NCBI GenBank assembly: GCA_965153455.1
Contig: OZ234493.1
Coordinates: 5,022,001 to 5,086,000, forward strand
Direction: 5' to 3'
Source of the DNA: Sphagnum compactum
Lineage: Eukaryota
DNA length: 64,000 nucleotides
A model generated the notes under the pieces. That model did no database searches. It was not told the DNA's origin and saw only the letters and a list, made by a program, of their open reading frames with translations. A program made the translations under genes and the position numbers. Positions 51,040 to 62,905 of this stretch are shown here, one piece after another; positions within the stretch are counted from its first letter, which is position 1; every line of letters begins with the position of its first letter.

Positions 51040-52909
51040 TACTCACAATAAATGTTAATTTTGGATATTTTCATGACGGGAGAATTGTCATCAAGATTGA
51101 AGATAAGTCAAACAATAGTCTTGCCTAAGTCTACATCCAAAAGTGGTTTCAACATTTCATCAAAGATCTTTAAATCAATTTCAAGTTCAAGGATGGGCTT
51201 CCCCAGCGCCTGGTAGGCACGAATACTATTCCTTGTAAAAACTAGTAAATATAGAAGTTAGAAATATATTATATTGCAGAATAAACTTAGAACTTGAGAT
51301 AATTAAAGAGGGAGGTATGTAAGTACTTGTCCCACAAGTAAGGTCCAACTATAGTGTTTGGTAGCGAGTAAACATCAATGAAAGCCTACAATGTGATCAC
51401 ATGGAACTCCTTCGCCACCCTAAAAGTTCGTCCAGTGTAGGATCAGGTCATTGACATTGCATTAATGTAGTTGTAGAAAATGTCCTTGGCATTAGGATTA
51501 ATACCCCTCTTGGCTAATTTAGTAGAAAGGGTGGAGAAATGAAACCTCAAGAAAAACATGGCGCCTAAGGCTAGATCCTTCACAAAAGGGTGACACAACT
51601 TATAAGAGTCTACAAGGAAAACGCTTATCGCAACCTTAACCTTGGGCTCGCGACCAAGGCAAGGGTTTACAAAGGTGCGGGCCAAGAGTGAAGCCCGAGA
51701 GTCACATTTCATGTTCCCAGGAGTGTATGAGAATGTGAGGGAATGAACCCACACTCTCGAATGGGCTCCCACTTTGGGAAGTGGAGTCCCAATGGAGTCC
51801 CGAATCTTCAGAAGGTAATTGTAGGGGTTAAAACTCATTGAATTGAAAAGTTACTTATACCATTAAAAAGTTCTTGGAACAAAGATGTCTTAAATGGGCT
51901 TGCATGACCCATTTGGGTACTTTAAACATAAGTTATGGCCCAAAGAACGGCCGAAAATCAAAGTGCCAATTTGATTCCTGACCACTAAAAGTCAGGAATC
52001 GCCCTGATTTACTTACATTCACATAACGCACCACATATTATTAAAAAGCTCTCGACGAGGGCTACAAGTTTGCTTTAGACCTCACCTCAATTAAAGGTCT
52101 TCACAAGAAGTTATGGGCTTCCAAAATCGCAAGAATCCCAATTTTGAGAATTTCGAGATTCTCATCTTGGGAGTCCCAAGACAAAATGACATTTGGGTGT
52201 AGGCCTTGTCGCCAAACATAGAGAATACTATAAAGGGGAAGGTGGTGGCTTCCCCCAAATTCGAGCTGTGATGAGTCTTATGAATTTATGTTTGCCTATG
52301 GTGAGTCCGTGCACCAAAAATGCTCCAACTATGCATTAATTAACTTGTTGTTTAGTTTATGCAGGTCGGTGTGAGTAATTAATTCGCTTGTCATTCGTTC
52401 TAATCCCCATCCCGAAGCTTCAACACGCCCTTCTACCTTCGAAATGCAACGAGCTAGGGAGCGTACCTCAACTCCTCATCCTTTTGCTGTTTTCACTTTT
52501 GGACTCGTAGTTGAATCTATCAAGGTGCTTAGGGGTGCATCAAAGTCAATCTTAAATATAACAGAATGTTGAGTGCAGAAACATATGGATAGAGTGAATT
52601 CGGTGGTACCTGAGAAGATGGATCCTCATTACTCATTTGTGGACTAGAGTTCACAACAAGCCATTTCATGCAAACCTTCAAGTGGTAGCTTTCAAGGAAG
52701 GAATGAATTTCCTTCAACATGTGCAGGTCATCTACATGCATAATAATGACGGCCTCTTTATCAAATAAAAATTTGTCAACAAAAACCACAATGGACTTGA
52801 TGAAATTATCCACGCACATGTTCCATTGAGGATTCAAGGAAAGTGGCTTAAAAACATGCAGAATCGAGAAATTGGATGGTACATTTGTTATAACAAGGTC
52901 AACCTTGTT
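51040..52909 (-). pseudogene. Spliced beta-class DNA amino-methyltransferase (N4-cytosine/N6-adenine type) pseudogene, disrupted by a solo LTR
   Basis: Exon 52909-52610: NKVDLVITNVPS..PQWN..FVDKFLFDKEAVIIMH (motif IV-VI region). After the LTR: ..FRVAKEFHVITL*AFIDVYSLPNTIV-(fs)-DLTCGT (51345-51328), an intron, then GNSIRAYQALGKPILELEIDLKIFD (from 51232). This matches the motif X/I/II SAM-binding pattern K..L..lI...S.pgdiVLDxxxGxGtt..A...lgR..ig.E in beta order. Confidence 0.7.
51626..52542 (+). mobile_element. Solo LTR, same family as the 30609-35570 LTR
   Basis: Begins TATCGCAACC (versus TGTCACAACC), ends GGGGTGCATCA, and is colinear with the reverse complement of 30609-30721 plus 34897-35570. 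No PBS follows and no clear TSD. Confidence 0.88.
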
Positions 52910-53059
52910 CTAAAAAGACACATGAAAAATACAAGTATTTACAAGAAAGATTAGGCCAATTGAATTAAAAAACATTCATGATTAATCCAATTGACATAAA
53001 AAAAGATAGAAATGGACATTCAAAAGTTGTACCAAAAGTCAAACTAAGCTCTTGGCATT

Positions 53060-53184
53060 CAACTTTCAACGTCGAAAGTGGGAGTCTTGGACACGAGTGA
53101 TCTTGAACTTCAACTTTTGGTGTCAAAAGTTGGAGATTGAGAGTCGAATGCTAAGAGGTCCTCAACTTTTGGTGTCGAAAGTTG
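53060..53184. repeat. Three 22-bp palindromes (CAACTTTYRRYGTCRAAAGTKG) separated by 29-30 bp spacers
   Basis: Copies at 53060-53081, 53111-53132 and 53163-53184. Confidence 0.8.
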
Positions 53185-54290
53185 AAGCCCAAGAGCTTTT
53201 TGCAATGGCTATAAACTTTGGCCCTAAAGAATATAACCAATGCTGGATTACATTCCATCTTTTGGCGCAAAATGTTTGCGACACTATTCCTGAAAAAAGA
53301 AATTTGGTTCGGACACAAGTTAGTTGACGAAACAAAATCCAAAAGTATAACATCTATCTAGGATAAGAAATACCTCCATGAAGTCTATAATTATTGAATG
53401 TTCGGGAGGTCATACCCGAGTTTGGATCCAGGATGCAAGAATTGACTCCCAAGACACATTCATCAATTTTACTATTAAATGATAGTCCGTAGAACCAGGA
53501 AGGGGGGGTTTTGTTTTATGTCCCTCCCCATGGACGAGCTTGTGATAACTGCACTACTCAGCCTCTTTTCTTTTTTTTTGCAAAATGGTTTAAAATATGG
53601 TCAGTTTTCCAGTCGCCAAATTTCTATAGTTTATAAATGTTATCGCTGGATTTCTATTTTGTGTTCTAGCATGTAGCCAAAAATGTGAAGGAATCTTAAA
53701 CATTTTTACATCAAATTTGGCTAAACTGTCTCATGGACGATCGCCAGTTCAGCTACCTCACAAATATGAGAAAAAAAACCCTCGCACTACTTACAAGAGG
53801 CCTCACTCAAGAAGGTGTACGATTGTAGGTCACCCTGGATGGTCGGTTGTTTGGGCCGGCAGGTATGTACTTAGGGAAGGTGGTGGATTATTATTTTCCC
53901 AAATGTTGTACAAATTTTGCAGCCACTCTGCAACACTTAACTAACGCCATTTACACCCCATCTTGAGCGGCAATTAATAAGGTGAACACGACGTTGGCCA
54001 ACGGGCCATCCTCTCCAAGACGTCAAATGGAACATTTAGTAAGTAGCATGAGTCCGAAGTGTGTATTCGTCGCATGCCCAGATCACAGTGTTGGCTCTGA
54101 TGCTCTAGTCTCTCTGTGCATTCTCTCCAGTGCTCGACCTTGAGGAGTTATTCGAAAAGGACTCTCGTTTTTGCTTAAGACTGCTGTGACAGTAGAGAGA
54201 GGTCTCTAGTGTGCCAGGTATTTTGGTTGCAGTAGTGCGATTTTCTCCTCCTTCTCGACTCATCATCATCATCATCGGAGGCGTAGCAGC

Positions 54291-55881
54291 ATGGGGAGAG
54301 TTAAAGCAGCATTGCAGGTCATGTTGGTCGTGACCTGCGCTTCTTTTCTGATGTGGGTCGGCGTTTTTGTTTCTGCGGAAAGTGTTTTGGATCCTGACTC
54401 CTCAAGGAGTGAGAAGTGGTGCTCCCCGCCATCTACGACCTCCCCTCCAGCTTCTTCCAGCAGTCCTGTGTACTCTAGTCCGAGTCCTAGTTCTTCTTCG
54501 TCGTCACCAGTCTCGCCTTCTTCGCCGAGCAGTCCCACCTACTCTCCGAGTCCTACTTCTTCTTCGTCACCTGTCTCGTCTTCGCCCAGCTCTCCTTCTT
54601 ACAGCAGTCCTACCTACTCTCCGACTCCTACATCAGCGTCACCGGTCTCGTCTTCGCCCAGTTCGCCTTCTTACAACAGTCCCACGTACAGCTCTCCGAG
54701 TCCTAGTTCTTCGTCACCTGTCTCGGCTTCGCCCAGATCGCCTTCTTACAGCAGTCCCACGTACTCTCCGAGTCCTACTTCATCGTCGTCACCAGTATCG
54801 GCTTCGCCCAGCTCACCTTCTTACAGTAGTCCTAGTTTCTCGCCTCCGAGTAGGCCCAGCTCGTCGTCTCCGGCGAACGGTTCGCCGAGCTCTGGATCGA
54901 GCCCCGAGACGCCATCGTCGTCCCCAACATTTCCCGGACCGGCAGCTGCTCCGCTGCCTTCAAGCCCCTCAACTACCTACCCAACGACTCCTTCGTCTCC
55001 GAACTGTCCACCTCTTGCGAGCTGGTTCACCAGCCCAGATGCAGGCTCTCCCAGCTGGTGGGACGACCAGCTTGCAGCTGAGGACAGACAGCAGGCAGTG
55101 CCCACCGTTTCTGCCGGCATGAAGAACAAGAACACGCGCGAGGCGCAGCCAGATTCAAATGCCGACTTACTAGTTGGCCAAGAGAAACTTAGCATCCCCG
55201 ACTTTGCTGGATCTCCTTTAACCCCTTTAATCCCTGGACCGGCGTCTTCTACTGAACCAGGGACTTGCACGTAAGCAGATTTGCTGTTGTGTTGCATGCC
55301 ATTTTCCTACTACCTATTCCTTTCTAGTTGCTATTCGATGCAGGTGCTAACAGCTCGGGGAATTTATTTTGAGGTTTGTAGGGCTGGACTAGCATGGAGG
55401 CTTGCTATTAGACAATATTTGTCTGTAACAAACGTTGAATGCTAGAGATGAGGATTGCTTTGAAGTTTGGATGTTGTTGCAAATTGTAGGATTCAGTAGC
55501 GATCATGATCATGTTGGGTGGGTTGCATGCAGCTACTGGTCATCTCACACGAGTAGTATCCCAAGCATTCTGGAAGGCGCGATTGCAAGCCTCATTTCAT
55601 TGTTCGATATTGCGACGGGAACAACTCAACTTCCTTTCGCTTCTGGAACAACTCTAGTGCAAGGCTTAACAAACACGAGACCAGACGCTTACGGTGCGCT
55701 AATAAGACAGGGCTCTGCTGCGTTGATCAATTCTTACCATTTCTCCAATTTCGCTTACACCCCACAGCAGGTCAGGGAGTCTTTCAATGGAGCACTGTAT
55801 TCCGAACAAGCAGCAGCAGTACAGGCAGTACAGTTTGAGAACGCCAACCGTGGCTACAACGTTAGGAATATGGCACCATGA
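54291..55881 (+). CDS. PDF1: Protodermal factor 1-like secreted Ser/Pro-rich cell-wall protein, about 442 aa; exons 54291-55270, 55533-55881
   Basis: Signal peptide (MGRVKAALQVMLVVTCASFLMWVGVFVSA), Ser/Pro repeats, and a phase-2 intron (AC|GTAAGC..GCAG|C) joining GTCT-YWSSH. The C-terminal LTNTRPDAYGALIRQGSAALINS..F.YT.QQVR..F..AL.S..AA..QA..FE.AN is the conserved PDF1 domain. Confidence 0.9.
54460..54850 (+). repeat. Coding tandem repeat (~70-75 bp unit; SPTYSPSPTSSSSPVSSSPSSPSYS)
   Basis: About 5 copies of CAGTCCYACSTACTCTCCGAGTCCTACT..CGTCACC.GT.TCG.CTTCGCCCAG..CCTTCTTACA. Confidence 0.9.
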
Positions 55882-57609
55882 TTGGGTGGATCTCCTTCGT
55901 AGTGATCTATCGTCGATATCTTTTTTCATTTCTAAGCACTCACACTTGGGTACAGATTTCCTATCACGTCATGAGCTTTTACCCTTTTCGAACTCACATC
56001 GCTTTGTCGATGTAGTACTGCGATGGATGGATGGAATATCGGCTTTCGGAATTTGCTTCGCAGTTTCTTTCTTATTTCTTATTGGTGGATATATGATTCG
56101 TTTGCTTGCGGTTTTGTAAGTATTGCACGTCTTTTTTTTATTCTTTTTCAAGGATGCAGATTCCTAATCTTCTCAGACATTAACAAGTGCAGGAAATCAC
56201 CAATTGGCTTTTAATTCCTGTGTGGCTATATGCGTATATAAACATTTAATACGCATGCAAGGTGGCAGTCCTCTGTAATTGCATTGTCTTTGCGACGGTT
56301 TCCAAATTAGTGGTAAGGATGGTAAGAGTTGACAAGGCTCTGCTGCGTTGATCAATTATTACCGTTGTTCAGTGTGCGGCAAACTTATTTCTGAACCAAC
56401 CCATCAGATTTGAACTCTTAGGGTCTTTTTCCAATGGGTTGCTGTGATCATGGTTACGTACAGTTGAGGAGAGCGTGTGATGACTGCGATAATCGAAAGA
56501 TAACGTAACATTCTGATGAAAATATGTGCTAACCTCAAATTGCATTGGACAGAGGCAATTTATTAGAGAGTGAATCTTGAATTTTATATCTTACAAATCA
56601 TTAAGAACTGGAATGTAAACGCGCAAATAGTTGCAAATCTAAAACTCCATTCCAATCTCAATCAAAGAAAAGCAAATCGTCAATTAACTGTATGTTACGA
56701 TGAAGCACACCATTTTAAATCATTATTAGTAGATTTTGATAGTTTTTTGTGCTAATTCTATTCCCCACTATACTTAGGAACCATTGTCATTTTTTAAGGG
56801 TTTGAACGCTCTATATATAAAATATAATAATAAGTTTCCAAAAGTGTCAGTAATTTAGTAAAATCTTTCTGAATTTTTCAACAAATGGTCATCTCAAGGT
56901 GAATTTCAAATGCATGTCAGAAATTCATCAAAAATGACTGTATAGAATGATGTGTACCTAAATAAAAATTATACTTAGGAATATGTCTGATTATCGACAA
57001 AGTCGTGCGTGTTACAATCCGTTTCCACTTGCACATCAACACAAACTAGATTCATTCTGAATTGCAAATTTTATGTCAATTGATGGGAAACCTGTCAGGG
57101 GCACTTGCTCCTTTGCAACTAATCCCGCAGTGTACAAAACTGTATGCAAGCTCAGGTAGGAGAGAAATGGGCAATCGACAACTTGACAATTCACAATGGC
57201 CTAATTAATAGCTGTACTAACGATATAAATCATGCCTCACTGTAAATCTGGTGTGTAGTTTTAGGGTTTAGGGGTTTAGTTCAAAAATGGTGAAAATTCA
57301 ACCCTAACTACACTAATTTTCACCATTTTTGAATTAAAAGAAATTGGGAAGTGTGTTTTTGACTGTAAATTCTACTATTCAAATTTTCCACTATCACGAA
57401 TAATGAAAATTTCTGAAAAAAAAACCGAAAATAGAGTTTCTGGAAATTTGACGCATTTGGAGATTTTGAGGGAAAAGCGTTAACCAATAAAAACAAGTAC
57501 CAGGTCAGGTTAGCCACGAAGTGCTCTTGATTGCTGTACTGCCTAAGGGATCGTCCTTAGATACTTACAAGTACAACGGGTTCAATGCAATCTTGAATAA
57601 TGAAAGCAT

Positions 57610-57775
57610 TGAATTAGTTACCCACTAAAAAATTAACTTGAATAATTTTCACCTTCAAGAGCTATCACTCAATTAGTTAAATTAACTTGAATAATACACT
57701 TTCAAAGGCTGTCACCCACTAAGTTAACTTAGCTGGAATAATACTCCTGTAAGAGCCCACTAATCACCCACTTGT
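57610..57775 (+). repeat. Degenerate tandem repeat (~50 bp, about 3 copies)
   Basis: Recurrent ACCCACTAA..TTAACTTGAATAAT..CTTTCAA.GCTRTCAC. Confidence 0.6.
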
Positions 57776-60700
57776 AAGCAATGTTCCTGAACGACAAATT
57801 GATTGCACCTCAGATGTATTCTTTTGCATGTCAAATGAGAAGTTTTTTTAAGTCTTAATTCTCCTGCCTGCTTGTAGATATGAGAAATCAGACGTGTATT
57901 TATGCCCCTGTCGTGGTTGTAATAATTCAGCATGAATGAATTTAACATCACCTCAAGTGTACCAGTTGTTGTAACTGTATCTTAATGCAAAATTTAAACT
58001 GGCAATTATTGTTAGAATTACTGTGCTTGTGAGAGTTTATACAAGGCATTCATTAAGGATAATGTGACCCAACAACCACTGTACTCAAATCCATTGGAAA
58101 CCCGTTATAACCCAGTTGTGGACAACTGAATGACGAAACAGAGTTACCCATCCTGTAAATTACTTCTGTCACCCACTACCTAACTACCAATGTAAGTAAG
58201 TATTAAGTAGTATACCAGACTAGGTAGTGAATGTATGTAGTTACTATGTAGGTAAGTAAGGAGCTAAAGCACTTCATGATCACTAGGTAAGTAAATACAT
58301 GTGGACGGTCCGTACGTAATCAATTGCTATAGTTAGCTATGGGATAGGAATATGACAAAAAAATGTTTGCTATCAGGTATCATCCCTCTAGTTGAAGTTG
58401 GCTTAACTTTGGAGTTTTTAATACTTATGAAAACTTGCTACATTATTTTAAATTTAATTTTTATAAACAAAACCACTTTAGAATCAATAATTTTTGTTTT
58501 TTTAATTCAAAAAGTGTGAATTGATTCCCTTGCCTCAAGGATTTTTAATACTACCAAAAAGCGAAGTGGAGAGCTCCCATGGTTTGAAAGGGTTACAACA
58601 TGTTCACATCCAAACACAACAAACACCTATCTTAATATATAGAATTTTTGTTTGTTCATTTATCACATAAAATCTCATGACCAATATAGACAATTGGGTT
58701 TTATCATGCATTAGTGCAATTGTGAGTTTCCATTTGATTTTAAGCCCTTGGCATGTGCCTTGCATGTAAAGCACTTAGAGAAAATTCATAATGTTTGTGG
58801 AAAACACCTTATATCAGGAATTTCCCTCCTAGAAATTGGGAGGCATATTATGCCTACTCCTCAAGAGGGTTGGAATTAACCCTACTAATAGATGTAAGAA
58901 CCTTCCCACTATTGAGGAGTAGGCATAAGAATTTTCCCATTCGTATGTCTCGTGATCTACATAGGTTTGGTTCGTGATAAATTTTGCGTGGTGTTTTATG
59001 ATAGGTAAAACCCATGGTGAGGGACATTGCCAAAATGCGGAGTTAAACTCAATTATTGTTTCATCCTAGGCCCCTTATTTTGAGAATGCCCCCACCTTAC
59101 AACTTTACCTTACATTTAGTATATTTGCCATGGCTTCTAAGATGTTGAATATTGGAGGTAAGCACAAAATAGTTGGTCATTTTTAAAAATTATTTGAAGG
59201 TCAATTTTTTAAAATAATTATATGAACATTCATACAAGCATCTTTAGAATACATGGTTAGAACCATTTTATTTTTTCAATTTTGTGATGCAACCACATTG
59301 ACAACCATCCATTAGAGGATTTAGCTAGGTTTGGTTTCAAAATAGGTAGAAAGCTAAAAGTTTTTTAGAATCCCATTATTTTTTTGTTATTACATGTACG
59401 ATCACATAGTTTAAATTTGGTGAACTTAACTATTTTCCCCTATTTTTGGATGAAATTTTTGAAAACGTTTTCAAAAAGAACCTTTGAAAGGGTCGCAACT
59501 CATTTTTAGATTTTGCAACAATGCAAAATTTTGCACCAAAATTTTTGACTAGTTGAAACATGAATATTTTTATAGGTCCCTGAAATAATCATTTTATGGA
59601 TGTTATGGTACTAGTTGGCTTCATTTCATAAGAATAGGTTGCATATGAGCATGTATGCTAATATTTGTTCAATAAAATAAAGTGCACAAATAATATGCAA
59701 GAACCTTGTCTTAAATAATCATTATTGTAATACCTCAACAAGTTTGACACAAATTATAATAGTTTTTAAAATGTTGAAATTTTCAAAAAAGATATATTAA
59801 AGACAAAATTTTGTGAAGGGAAAATGAAAAGTATTTTGAAATATTTCAGAATATTTTTATTTTCGAAATAAAATATTCAAAATTAATTCATTATTAAACA
59901 AACATGTCCTACAATACACATTGAACTAATAACTCACTCAAGATTGCTAAGAAAAAATAATAAAACAATTCCACCCACCACCTTTTGGGCCTTTTTGAAC
60001 TCTTGTTCAACCAAGGGGTTCACCCACATAATGGACAATGTCCAACCCCATATAACCTTCATGTTAAGAGACCTAAGTTCAAACAAGTCCAAACCATTAA
60101 AGGGTGGCCCGGGCCCCCATGGTAGATTGGGTGGTTACAAGTCTAAATGTTGGGCTTGGTTCAACTCTTGGTTTGACATCGCTCAAAATTTGCATGGGTG
60201 TGGGGAGTGAAGGTTTGAAGAAGGAGGCTCAGGGAAATGTCTGTAATGTGTTAAACCCTTGAAAGTTCATGGGCTTTAACCATGAAACATGAAGTGGTAA
60301 CCCCGAGCTAAAGGACTTGAACCATTGGGAAGTCCATGGCAAGTTTTAATCCCACTCATTTAGGGGTTGGGGTTAACCCACGTTTCAATAGGTTCACAAG
60401 ACAAGGTGAATGCTACAACTAACCAAGTGCATGGTTTACATGTGCAAGTAGTTTAAGTGTTTAATGAAGAATGTGGGTGGAGGTGGAGGTGCGAAGGCGC
60501 TAAGGCAAATTTGGGAAGGAGAGGTGGTATTAAAATAGGCTTCTTAGGTTTTTGGGAGATCGCCAAGGAAAAATTAGTTTTGAAACACCAATAACAAAGG
60601 TAAAGATGAAGATAAAGTACAAGCCTAAAAAGGAGAAGGAAAAAAAGGCTATGGAGGTTGAAATCCAATATTTCACCACAATAAGCAAAGCCATGTTGGA

Positions 60701-62559
60701 TCAAGAATTGTCCAAGGGCGAACAAAATAAGCTAAGGGAAATTATGGAGGGAGTTGTTGAAAAGTCTCCTCACAAAAACAAAAAGAAGGACAAGGGGGGA
60801 GTTGGAGCGAGCAAAATTTTGCTAGCAAAAATGATTCCCTCCATTCTTTTTTTGGGACAAGGGAGAGGGAAAAACCCTAGACCCAATCAAGGAAGTGCAA
60901 GATTGTGTGAACTCACATTCCTTGAATGACAATTCGAATGAAGAGACTCATCCATTGATAATTTCTTCTAGATCCCCTTCAAGAGGAAAGGACGGCAAAA
61001 AGGCCATGGGACACACCAAGAGGTGGATATGACTTTGAAGGCCCAAGAAAAGGATATGAACCACATGATCCACACGTTCAAAATGGCTCATAGGCTAAAT
61101 ACATGTTTTTACCACAAACTTCAATTGACCAAGTGTCTTTTCAAAGGTTGTTATAGGCATAACAAATACTTCTTATGCATGAGGTGTGTTGGAAATCAAA
61201 GTGATTTTAAAACTTACATCAATTTGAGGTGGGTCAAAAGTATGGTAATATATAGATAGAAACTCCAAGGATTCTACTTTGCTATTAACTGTTAGTGATG
61301 GAGTGACAAGTTTAGGACTAACCTCAACATGCATAGCTAAAGTTGTAATAGGTAAATGTATGAATTCTAGACTTGTTCCTCCTCTAATTGGACTGAGTGT
61401 TTTGGTATGTTATAATAGGTTGTTCTTTTGATCAAATCCAAATGTAGATGATGTTGCATTTGTCATCTTTGTACTGGTCCGAATTTCCACATACACAAAA
61501 AAGGGTGGTTCATACTTGAAATCTAGAAAGGTGGTTTGATAAGCGTACAACACCAGTTGGTAAACTTGTTCATCAACTTTTGCCAACTCCATGCATTCCT
61601 AAATTTGCTCTTTTGTAAACCTTTGCACTATGTGCCACCACTCTTTCCACTTGGGATTCTTATCCCCTGAAGCCTAATTTTGTACTTTGAGCACAGTGTT
61701 GCCCACAATAATTCCTCAAATTCCTTCAACCTGTTATGCATTCTGACAAGTGGAACTTGGGTTGGTTTACTTAATTATATTTTGGTAATCTCCAATTTGC
61801 CTTTCCAATCTTGGATTTGAGTATACAAGGCTTGCGGTTGCTTCTCCAAATCAATGTTTGTAAAAACTAGTTGATATTTTCGTTCTTAACATGTTTGCTC
61901 CAAACCTATTATGGTTTTCTAATGTTGCATGTTAGACTACTCCAGCTTGTTGTAGTTTCGAATCATCCGCTCATGTTCATTTTGAAGTATTTTTAGATCA
62001 TTGTGAGTCTTCCAATTGAATTAATACTCATTGTACTAATATTATAAACTCTCCGCCTTCTTCATGGTTTTCTTTGCTTGATTCACCTTCATGGACAAGT
62101 TCTAGTTCTTAAATTGAACCTTAGTCAATTACCCTTTGCCAATAACTAATTCCTTTCCATGATTCTTCAAGGTCTGTTGCATAGTGGTCAGTTCCAAGCT
62201 ATGAGTTTCCAATTGATTACTAATTCCATGCAAGTTTTGTTTAGTTTCATCACATTCAACACTCAAGTTGGTGAATCCTTCCAAATTCTTGACCAAGTGT
62301 TAGCATTTTGGGCAGCTTGTTCAAAAACATGTTAATATGCTTCAAATTTTCTGTATAAAAAATAGAAACTTGGGTGGATTGAATTGTAAAAAAGTATGGG
62401 TTTTCTATATTAACGAATTTAACTATAGGTTATACATGTTGGGATACTTATGCAGTTAAAACCATAGGTTCTTTAACCTTTACTATCATGGATGCCAATG
62501 CCATGGAATTCATTCATTTGAAAGTTCATCCATGACTTGTAATAAACTTGTACCTAGCT

Positions 62560-62905
62560 TTTAATTTGACTTCAATTCACTCTTAGTTAGCTTCCGGTCA
62601 AATTTTTGTTCATTTCCAATTAACTCTTATTTTATTCATAATTAAGTCCTGGTTCACTTTTAGTTTGCTCTTAGTTCATTTTTAATTAAGTCGTAGTTCA
62701 CTTCTAATTAATTTTCAATTCACTTCTAGTCAATTTGTAATTCATTTTCAGTTCATTTCTAGTTAATTCTTAGTCCACTCTGAATTAACTCTTGATTCAT
62801 TTTTAGTTAAGTCTAAATTCACTCTTAGTTCAATTTTAGTTCATTTTCAATTGAGTTTTAGTTCACTCATAGTTCACACATGGGCGCACATGGGCACACA
62901 TGGGT
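62560..62905 (+). repeat. Degenerate ~11-bp tandem array (TTCAYTYTTAG) ending in (CACATGGG)3
   Basis: Repeated AATTCACTCTTAGTT / TTCATTTTTAGTT units; three CACATGGG copies at ~62877-62904. Confidence 0.75.

Noticed and set aside
53060-53184. CRISPR array (palindromic repeats with ~30-nt spacers)
   Set aside because: Only three divergent repeats, no cas genes or leader, and a eukaryotic context. Kept as a palindromic repeat.
54367-55122. 251-aa Arg/Leu-rich ORF
   Set aside because: Alternative frame of the GC-rich Ser/Pro repeat exon of the PDF1-like gene.
57260-57279. Interstitial telomere array
   Set aside because: Fewer than three imperfect TTTAGGG units; too short.
59940-62400. Protein-coding genes from the short ORFs (e.g. 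60552-60929, 61410-61592)
   Set aside because: Fragmented, stop-riddled and without recognisable domains or splice structure; probably unclassified decayed repeats.
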